From Candidatus Saccharimonadota bacterium (GTDB lineage: Archaea > Micrarchaeota > Micrarchaeia > Micrarchaeales > Micrarchaeaceae), in contig NZ_CP019964.1 of assembly GCF_002214165.1 (NCBI RefSeq), forward strand, positions 810,001 to 842,000: a stretch of DNA of 32,000 bases. Reading direction: 5' to 3'. The notes beneath the pieces are model-generated. The model did no database searches. It saw only the letters and a program-made list of their open reading frames with translations, and was not told where the DNA came from. Every line of letters starts with the position of its first letter. Within the stretch, counting starts at the first letter, position 1. Shown piece after piece: positions 25,316-32,000 of the stretch. A program made the translations under genes and the position numbers.

Positions 25316-25587
25316 TGGCAGATATTAAGAAGAGGGGATTGGACAGTCTAATATCAGGGAACTCGCACTCTGGCCCACAAACAAGTGAGTCGTCAGAGAA
25401 ATACACTAAGACAGTAGGATTCAAGGTAACGGAGAAGCAGTATGAAACCTACAGGAGATACTCAAAGTATTTTGGAATTGATGATCTCATAAAGAAGTGG
25501 CGCGCGGACCTTGACAAAATAGAGCAGGAGAAGGGCAGAGATATGGAAAACGTGGAAACTGAAATCAGGAAACGGTTAAACAAGTAA
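25315..25587 (+). CDS. small partition adaptor / centromere-binding-like protein (ParB-type N-terminal peptide plus a possible RHH)
   Basis: TAATG overlap with parA. N-terminal KKRGLDSLISG resembles the ParB N-terminal RGLG.GLdaLi ParA-interaction motif. TVGFKVTEKQYETYRRY resembles an RHH beta-strand and helix. Confidence 0.5.
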   Translation: MADIKKRGLDSLISGNSHSGPQTSESSEKYTKTVGFKVTEKQYETYRRYSKYFGIDDLIKKWRADLDKIEQEKGRDMENVETEIRKRLNK

Positions 25588-25602
25588 CGGTTAACCGGTA
25601 AC
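25584..25602. promoter_or_regulatory. GTTAACC-type motif containing a 10-bp palindrome, just after the parA-adaptor operon
   Basis: gtaacggttaaccggtaac contains the perfect palindrome cggttaaccg (25588-25597). Another aacggttaaa lies at 25571-25580. Confidence 0.35.
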
Positions 25603-25665
25603 TGAATGCTTATTACTATAATCAAATTAACTTGTAACGCAAGGATATTTTGAAGGGATGAAAAA

Positions 25666-26898
25666 ATGGTAAAATCAAGTACGAAAAAAAGGATAGGTGG
25701 TAATGAAGCATTGCTGGTTGTGTGCCCCAAGTGTGGCCAAGAATTTTCGCTCACAGATACATTGAAACATGAACTGGATGATGAATTAGAAAACAGGCTT
25801 AAAATTGAAACAGAGAGAATAACGAAAGAAACAACAGAAAAGGTACGGGATGAGGAAAGGAAAAAGATTTCAAACGAATTCAAGGAAAATGAAGGGAAAG
25901 TTAAAGATCTTGAATCTAAATTAGAGGCGGCTAATAAGAAAGAAGTGGAAATTCTGAAGAAAAGCCGTGATATTGAACTCAAAGAAAAGGAACTACCTCT
26001 TAAGATTGAGCAGGAGGTTGAAACCAGACGAAAAGAGTGGGAAAAGAATATAGAGGAAATTGCCAAGAAGAGCTACGAGAATGAAATTTCCCAGCTAAAA
26101 CTTACAATCGAACGCCAAAAAAAGGAAGTTCAGGAGATGCAGACAAAGCTAACCCAGGGATCACAGGAAGCTCAGGGCGAGATTCAGGAACTTGTGCTTG
26201 AGGAAACTCTGAGGTTACTGTTTCCACATGATTTAATAGAGCCGGTTCCCCGTGGCATCAAGGGAGCTGATGTAACTCAGACTGTCAGAAACAGTGCCGG
26301 AGAGGCAGTTGGAACAATAGTCTGGGAATCAAAGAAAACAAAGAACTGGTCTGAAAAATGGATTGATAAGCTTATAGGAGACAGGGATTCTGTTAGAGGA
26401 GATATAGGGGTCCTCATGTCAGAAACCTTACCAAAAGACATTAAAAGTTTTGACTTAAGGAAAGGTATTATTATAGCCAATTTTCAACTGATTGATCCAA
26501 TTGCGCATCTTCTCCGTGGTAACCTGCTCAAACTTTTTGAACTGAAGAGAGCCAATATCGACCGAACGGAGAAAGAGGGGATTCTGTATAACTTCGTTTT
26601 GAGCAATGAATTCAGGAGTTTCATGGAAGGAGCGGCTCTTCCTGTGTTTAACACCCTTGGTGATATACAGAGGGAAAAAGCGACAATGGAGCGCATTTGG
26701 AAAAAGAGAGAAACCCAGTTGACCAATAGTTTGCGTAACCTCGTAAAGCTATATGGAAATATTTCGGGTATTGCCAACCTTCCGGAAATACCAGTTTTTT
26801 CTGCGGACAATGACTCACGGAAGGCGATACCTGACGATTTAGGCATGGGTCATGACCCAAAAAAAGTAAAATCTAATGATGATTCACAGGGGGAGTGA
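25666..26898 (+). CDS. DUF2130-like protein: N-terminal zinc ribbon, long coiled coil, C-terminal nuclease-like domain
   Basis: VVCPKCGQEFSL at the N-terminus, about 150 aa of E/K-rich heptad-like sequence, then GIKGADVTQTV...GTIVWESKKTKNWSEKWIDKL...GVLMSETLPKD. This matches my recollection of DUF2130 architecture. Confidence 0.6.
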   Translation: MVKSSTKKRIGGNEALLVVCPKCGQEFSLTDTLKHELDDELENRLKIETERITKETTEKVRDEERKKISNEFKENEGKVKDLESKLEAANKKEVEILKKSRDIELKEKELPLKIEQEVETRRKEWEKNIEEIAKKSYENEISQLKLTIERQKKEVQEMQTKLTQGSQEAQGEIQELVLEETLRLLFPHDLIEPVPRGIKGADVTQTVRNSAGEAVGTIVWESKKTKNWSEKWIDKLIGDRDSVRGDIGVLMSETLPKDIKSFDLRKGIIIANFQLIDPIAHLLRGNLLKLFELKRANIDRTEKEGILYNFVLSNEFRSFMEGAALPVFNTLGDIQREKATMERIWKKRETQLTNSLRNLVKLYGNISGIANLPEIPVFSADNDSRKAIPDDLGMGHDPKKVKSNDDSQGE

Positions 26899-26960
26899 AA
26901 ACAATTGCGGAAAAGATTTCACCGACATAGAAAAGGAAATCAAAAAACAGCTAGACAAAT

Positions 26961-26972
26961 AACCGTTAACCG
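26961..26972. promoter_or_regulatory. GTTAACC-type motif downstream of the DUF2130 gene
   Basis: aaccgttaaccg, the same motif as at 24491-24530 and 25584-25602. Confidence 0.3.
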
Positions 26973-27028
26973 ATAATGTTTGAATATATAATCTGGGATT
27001 GCGTACGGAGAACTAAAGGTGCAACAAG

Positions 27029-27697
27029 TTGAGTCTTAATAATTATCCTAGACAGAACATACGAAATTGCGAAGAGATATTAGATTCCCTCCAGAACAAG
27101 GTCTCAATGGTCAAACAATTATTGGCTGGATTAAGAAATGGTCCAGTTCCGCTGAAAACAACCAACTTTACGAATCTTCTTATCTGGTCCAGAATCCTAA
27201 TAAATGAGACAGAAAATCTAAAATCGTGTGATAGGAAAAAATTTGAAGGATGGTACGCGCAATACAGAAGAGAACTCTTTGGAGACGGCTCACATGGCCC
27301 CGATCCCTTACTGGATTACTTTATTCAAGCTAGAAATCAACTAGAACATCAAGGAATAATAAAAGTTGGTTGGAGTATAAACATTCATCATCTAAATATT
27401 CCAGGTGACCTGTTGAAATATGGGCCTGCCCCACCAGGAGCAAGAGGTTTCTTTCTTGGAGACCAACTTGGTGGGATTGGTTGGCTAGTTGACCTGCCTA
27501 ATGGGAGTCAAGCGAAATATTACGTAAACCTTCCCAAGGAGTTTGTAGAAAGTTCTCTTCTCCCTCATAACCCGCCATCAATCCATTTGATGAACAAGAT
27601 TCAAAACGCCTCAGTTGAAAGCTTAGCCGAATATTATGTCGGGTACATAGAAAGTATGGTATTATCCGCTGTAAAAGAATTTCGAGTAACTAGCTAA
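27029..27697 (+). CDS. hypothetical protein (orphan)
   Basis: 222-aa ORF with a TTG start 8 nt after aggtg. No motif recognised. Confidence 0.45.
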   Translation: MSLNNYPRQNIRNCEEILDSLQNKVSMVKQLLAGLRNGPVPLKTTNFTNLLIWSRILINETENLKSCDRKKFEGWYAQYRRELFGDGSHGPDPLLDYFIQARNQLEHQGIIKVGWSINIHHLNIPGDLLKYGPAPPGARGFFLGDQLGGIGWLVDLPNGSQAKYYVNLPKEFVESSLLPHNPPSIHLMNKIQNASVESLAEYYVGYIESMVLSAVKEFRVTS

Positions 27698-27765
27698 TGT
27701 CACTAAACTTGTAATTTTAGTAACGTCACTAAAGCTTAGACTTTAATAACATATACGCCACTAAA
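27698..27765 (+). promoter_or_regulatory. three direct CACTAAA-containing repeats upstream of the serine recombinase (candidate res/recombination subsites or operator)
   Basis: tgtcactaaa (27698-27707), cgtcactaaa (27724-27733), cgccactaaa (27756-27765). The last ends 13 nt before the ATG at 27779. Confidence 0.45.
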
Positions 27766-27778
27766 TTCTATGACTTAA

Positions 27779-28393
27779 ATGACGCTCGTCTTTGGCTATG
27801 TTCGCGCAAGCACTCTGGAAGAGGTAAAGCAAGGCTCAAACGAGAGGCAGAAGGCTGAAATCCTGAAATATGCAAAGGCAAAGGGCTACGATGTCGAATT
27901 CTTTGAAGACAAGGCAAAATCAGGTAAAAACACGCAGAGACCTGAATTTGAAAGGATGCTTAAATCACTAGGCAAAAGACCGAAAGTCATAATTGTGTCA
28001 AAGATAGACAGGTTTGCTCGCTCCCTTTCAGATCTTTTAAAAACACTTGAATTCCTTGAGCAGAACGGCATAGGATTCGTGAGCGTGAACGATTCAGGCA
28101 TAGATACCACAACGCCAAACGGCAGGCTTTTACTGCAGATCCTAGGAGCATTCGCAGAGTTTGAAAGAAACATGATAAACTATCGAACAAAGGCAGGGAG
28201 GGAACAGGCTATCAGCAAGGGCATAAAGTTCGGAAGGCCATCCTTAAAGACTAAAAACGGATATTTTATAGACAGAAGGAGAGTACTGGAATTGAGAAAC
28301 AGAGGATTATCAGCAAGGGCAATAGCCAAAGCCTTAGGATGCTCCATAACACCTGTATTGAAGATAATAAAGGAAGAATCCGGTTCTTCCTGA
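27779..28393 (+). CDS. small serine recombinase (resolvase/invertase family) with a C-terminal HTH
   Basis: FGYVRASTLEE (catalytic Ser region), VIIVSKIDRFARS, LLLQILGAFAEFERNMINYRTKAG, FGRP, and the C-terminal LSARAIAKALGCSITPVLKII. Confidence 0.88.
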   Translation: MTLVFGYVRASTLEEVKQGSNERQKAEILKYAKAKGYDVEFFEDKAKSGKNTQRPEFERMLKSLGKRPKVIIVSKIDRFARSLSDLLKTLEFLEQNGIGFVSVNDSGIDTTTPNGRLLLQILGAFAEFERNMINYRTKAGREQAISKGIKFGRPSLKTKNGYFIDRRRVLELRNRGLSARAIAKALGCSITPVLKIIKEESGSS

Positions 28394-28613
28394 AAGAGAG
28401 AGTCAGCGAACGCGTCAGGGCTTCTTTATTATATATTATATATCTGATACAATGAACATTACATTCCGAAAAAAATGGAATTTTTCTTAATTTTTGAAGA
28501 GCATCTGATCACCCAAATGTCTACGCGTCTTTTAACTCACTCACTTGCTTGGTTTGAATGTTTTGAATTGTCAAACAATATCTATAAATATCATGTTGAT
28601 ACATATGATAATC

Positions 28614-28832
28614 ATGGAATTAACAGGACGTGAAAAAAACGTTTGCGGAATAATATGTGGTTCTGAAAGAATAAGGTTCACGGATATTAAGAAAAGAAGT
28701 GGCCTCCATCAGGAAATCCTTTCAAGGATATTAAGAAGAATAAAGGATAGCTGTGATATATTGAGACTGGAGGGTGGTTATAAGTGCATAGAGGTTGACC
28801 ATAATGATTTATGTAAATACAAAAAAAGTTAG
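28614..28832 (+). CDS. small winged-HTH-like protein (start uncertain: 28593, 28605 or 28614)
   Basis: MELTGREKNVCGIICGSERIRFTDIKKRSGLHQEILSRILRRIKD looks HTH-like. The TATA-like tataaata at 28583-28590 lies about 25 nt upstream of ATG 28614, which would give a leaderless transcript. Confidence 0.4.
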   Translation: MELTGREKNVCGIICGSERIRFTDIKKRSGLHQEILSRILRRIKDSCDILRLEGGYKCIEVDHNDLCKYKKS

Positions 28833-28872
28833 TCAATTAATATATTAAATGCATAAGGTGATTGGTGATAAA

Positions 28873-29133
28873 ATGAACGAAAAGAAAGTTGAGCAAAAAG
28901 AAGACGGTGTTGAGGTTATGTTGCCAGAAAAAATAGGCATAAATGAGGCGAAGGAAGTTGTTAGCTCATGTGCTTCTGGCACAAGTGCATGCTGCTCCTC
29001 AGACTGCTCTGATTTCCTAAGTGATAAGAAGATTGGGGCATTCGAAAAGAACGGCAAAGCAGTAATAAAAATAACGGGTAACGCTACAAAGGAAGAAGTA
29101 GAGGAAAAGCTAAAAAGCTGTTCATGCCTTTGA
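28873..29133 (+). CDS. small cysteine-rich protein
   Basis: SSCASGTSACCSSDCSD and the C-terminal KSCSCL. ggtga lies 3 nt upstream of ATG 28873. No family recognised. Confidence 0.4.
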   Translation: MNEKKVEQKEDGVEVMLPEKIGINEAKEVVSSCASGTSACCSSDCSDFLSDKKIGAFEKNGKAVIKITGNATKEEVEEKLKSCSCL

Positions 29134-29386
29134 TTTCTAAATTTGAATTTTTAAATATTATTTTTATTTATTAACCTTTATTCCTTAATGATATTTTCTT
29201 TAACTTTAGTGATATCATTGACACCCATAACATAAGAGTAGGGATAGAACTTTGTTTTGACCCCTGCTCTCTCGTTTTTTGACACTCTCTCTCCATAGCT
29301 CATTCTGACTGTTCTGAAAAACCAACCGTTTTACTTGTTCGATACTTTTAATAATCTTTCTTGAGAAGCTGAATTAAGGTGATTCT
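29134..29386. promoter_or_regulatory. AT-rich region with repeated boxes upstream of orc1/cdc6 (candidate replication origin plus promoter)
   Basis: 29134-29215 is almost pure A+T. An 8-bp inverted repeat aatgatat...atatcatt (29188-29220). Tandem boxes ttttgacccctgctctctcg / ttttgacactctctctcc at about 29254-29296. Confidence 0.3.
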
Positions 29387-30265
29387 TTGCCCATAAAAGA
29401 TCCCTATGCATTCCTTGAGAGCAAGGTAAGGCAGAGAGCAAAAGAGACAAGCAACATAAAGAATGCTCTCTTATTTGATATGGACTACAAACCTGATAAG
29501 ATACTGATCAGAAGCGAATTGGATAAAGTGACTAACGATTTAGCTGACTATGTGAACCTCAGTTTACCGAGGCATATAATCATTTACGGTTCGAAAGGCT
29601 CAGGGAAGACACTGAGCGCACTGACAATGGCAAAGGCACTGAAGGACAGCAAATCAATTCCATACTATTATGTCAATGCGAGAGAGAACCCGACATCAAT
29701 AAAGATATACAGAACGATGACAAGAATATCAAGCAGAGGACATGATATCGATGAAGTGAAAAAAAGATTCGATTCACTACTATCTGGAAAATCCCTCGTT
29801 ATTCTTGACGAAGTTGATTTCCTGCAGGATTACGATATTCTTTATCATATAACCAGACACACCAAGGCAAACCTCATTCTTCTAACACAGAAGGTCTACT
29901 GGTACAAGGATATGAACGACGAAAGCGTGAAGAGTTCGCTTCAGCCTGATCATATAGTATTCCACGAATACACCGCAAATGAGATGAGGGAGATACTGGA
30001 GATGAGGGCTGAGGAAGGCCTTTATAATTACAGCAAGGAGGCTATAGGTTTACTATCTGCTATGCTAGTAAGGGATTACAGGAGCGACGCAAGGATCGGC
30101 ATCAAGGCACTCGAAATCCTAGGCAGGAACAATAAATGGAGCGATGAAGATGTCAGGAACGCCTTAAGGCAGGCCTACATAGAAGTTGAAGGCGAAACCC
30201 TTAGAAACCTTGGAGACAGGGATCTGTTGATACTCGCATCGCTGATAAGTTTCCATAGTTTATAA
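29387..30265 (+). pseudogene. Orc1/Cdc6 replication initiator, 3'-truncated (lacks the winged-helix DNA-binding domain)
   Basis: Walker A IIYGSKGSGKTLSAL, Walker B LVILDEVDFL. Collinear with the 3' half of ORF 1085-2482 up to LILASLI, then ends after 5 more residues. The paralogous copy continues for about 75 aa. TTG start 5 nt after aaggtga. Confidence 0.7.
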
Positions 30266-30404
30266 GGCAAAGCTCACCCTGTATATTCTTCCTTACATAG
30301 CAGAACCCGTTGCTTCCATTAGGTATATGGCAGTATCGAGCACATGCAGTACATATGACTCTGCCCCCTTCGCCTTTCTTCCACAATATCGCTTTCTTTG
30401 TCAT
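30201..30404 (-). pseudogene. 5' fragment of a radical-SAM enzyme gene (AmmeMemoRadiSam/PflA-like N-terminus), truncated at the mobile-element junction
   Basis: VICTACARYCHIPNGSNGFCYVRKNIQGELCLINYGNLSA matches the remembered N-terminal pattern C.LCP..C.i..G..G.C.vR.N..G.L....YG. The CxxxCxxC radical-SAM core that should follow is absent. The reading frame runs into the antisense of the cdc6 fragment. Confidence 0.5.
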
Positions 30405-30519
30405 CAGCTTACTGTGGCATTTTCATATATTTATGCTTATTTAAAAAGATAGAGCTAACGCTAGAGAGTATCATTAAATAGAAAGAGTGGCGTATGCACC
30501 GAGTAGAAGATTATAATTA

Positions 30520-32000
30520 ATTAGGCTTTAGTAATGGAATGTTCATAGGTCGCCGAAGCTCCCTACTTACGCACCCATCCTATCAAAGTCGTCTATTGCG
30601 ACCGCCCTAGTGCCTCGTTTCGGGTCTGACTTCGTCCTTAGATGCTTTCAGGACTTATTCATCTGGCGCGTAGCTACCCGGCAATGCAATCACAACCGGT
30701 ACACCAGTGGCGCCGATCTTCCGTTCCTCTCGTACTAGGAAGATCTTACCCTCCGGCACTGACACCATCAGTAGATCTTACCGTACTGTCTCGCGACGTA
30801 CTAAACGCAGCTCATGTGAGTTTTTGATGGGCGTACAGCCCAACCCTTGGCAGCTTGTGTACCACCAGGATAACTCAAGCCCATATCGAGGTATCAAACA
30901 GCCGGGTCGATGTGAACTCTCACCGGCTACAAATCAGTTACCTCTAGAGTAACTTGTCTGACAGCTTGGAGCCCCATTAAAAGAGCTACCAAAGTTCGTT
31001 AAGCCCCTGTTTCCAGTCTGCATACCACGCTTTTCAGTATACAGTCAGCCCTGCATTTGCCTTTGAGCTTACCGATGAGTTTCCAACTCATCTAAGCAGA
31101 GCATTGGCCACTTTCGTTTCCTTATCGAAAGCGACCGTCCAGTCTAACTATCCACCTGCAGATGTCCTATTTCTAGTTAGCTGTATGGCAAGTTATAAGT
31201 GGTGTTACATTGGTGCTCCATTTGGGCCAGAGCCCAAATATCGACGCTCCCACTTACGCTATGTATAACAAGACATGCAACAACTACAGGCTATAGTCAA
31301 GCTTCATAGAGACTTCATTTCCCACTGATGGATCGCGGCATGTTCACCGCGTAGTGAGTTCATTGGATCCCAGGTTGGGACAGTGGAACAATCGTTACGC
31401 CATTCATGCAAGTCACCTATTAAGTGACGAGGTATTACGCTACCTTAAGAGAGTCAGAGTTACTCCCGCTCTTTACTAGCGCTTACTCCCGTTGAAACGG
31501 GTATTCACGTACTAGTGGTGAGCAGGCGTCACCCACTGTACTTAGCCTTTCGGCTTTGCGGTGAGTTGTGTTTTAAATAAACAGTCGTTGTTCCCTTGTA
31601 AATGATATCTGCGCTTACTAGGCGCAGACATGGCTTATCGAAAACTTATGCCACTAACTTGCCGAATTCCCTAACCTGGGTTACATCCAACACGCCTTGG
31701 CTTTTTAAGCTAGCAACACTTGTACTAGTTCTAGGTACGAACTAACAGGGTCGTTGCAGATTTCCTTTTCACTGGATCAAGAACTCAGTCCAACGATTCA
31801 TTTAGCTGCTTCTCCTCATAACGAGACTCTGCAGCCCTTTGCATCTTCTTACGGACATATCCCCAACCGTCAGAAATCTGCCTTGTGTTGCCACACCTAC
31901 CTGTTAGGGGCTGGAATATTAACCAGCTTCCCTTTTGTCTCTCGGTTGTTGGCCTAAGACTTAGGATCGCCTAACTCTCCGCTGACGAGCGTTGCGAAGA
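30520..32000 (-). rRNA. rrl: 23S rRNA gene, 3' portion (continues beyond the window end); the 3' end at about 30520 is approximate
   Basis: Contains reverse complements of universal 23S motifs: cttagatgctttcag (30637-30651) and the sarcin-ricin loop gttcctctcgtact (30723-30736, AGUACGAGAGGAAC). No long ORFs with ordinary composition. No 5S gene between the 3' end and the next protein gene. Confidence 0.92.

Noticed and set aside
25449-26066. 205-aa minus-strand ORF antisense to the small adaptor gene and the DUF2130 gene
   Set aside because: Extremely Ser/Phe/Leu-rich, low-complexity translation. This is the typical antisense shadow of an E/K-rich coiled-coil coding region.
30642-31957. Short plus-strand ORFs (30642-30827, 30707-30952, 31754-31957)
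   Set aside because: They lie inside the 23S rRNA gene, which is identified by universal motifs on the minus strand.
1-32000. CRISPR arrays, IS elements with transposase genes, and tRNA genes
   Set aside because: No regularly spaced short direct repeats and no transposase-like ORFs (DDE, IS200/IS605 or TnpB patterns) were seen. No cloverleaf-compatible GC-rich islands of 70-90 nt were seen in the intergenic regions inspected by eye. An automated scan (tRNAscan-SE, CRISPR finder, ISfinder) would be needed to be certain.

Overview
Archaeal DNA. Orc1/Cdc6 genes, TRASH-domain cop genes, a sulfocyanin-like cupredoxin and a 23S rRNA gene with no 5S gene next to it point to an acidophilic Thermoplasmatales-type genome (inference only). 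From position 1 to about 30.24 kb the window is a mosaic of integrated plasmid- or provirus-like modules. It ends where a 3'-truncated orc1/cdc6 gene collides with the 5' fragment of a host radical-SAM gene. The 3' part of a minus-strand 23S rRNA gene follows (about 30.52-32.0 kb). Modules from left to right: (1) small ORFs, a membrane protein and a HerA/FtsK-type ATPase whose 3' end is replaced by the C-terminal half of an Orc1/Cdc6 gene. (2) A defence/addiction block: type III R-M mod-res, a RelE-like toxin, a convergent unannotated antitoxin-like ORF, an OLD-family ATPase-TOPRIM nuclease and a DUF234 ATPase. (3) A metal island: copR/TRASH chaperone/copA/DoxX-like, then an 8-gene operon running from a SHOCT protein to a CDF transporter. 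(4) A tyrosine integrase. (5) Plasmid maintenance genes: parA, a small centromere-binding-like protein, a DUF2130-like protein, a serine recombinase and orc1/cdc6 with an AT-rich upstream region. Three things are not explained by the genes. First, two diverged copies of a GC-rich, hairpin-dense noncoding element of about 0.5 kb (7.4-7.9 kb and 22.7-23.3 kb) share a long-range helix with compensatory changes. Second, 40/42-identical direct repeats bracket the 11.4 kb ATPase plus metal module right next to the integrase. Third, GTTAACC-type motif clusters bracket the partition genes. No CRISPR array or tRNA gene was found. All family assignments come from motifs read by eye; no database search was run.
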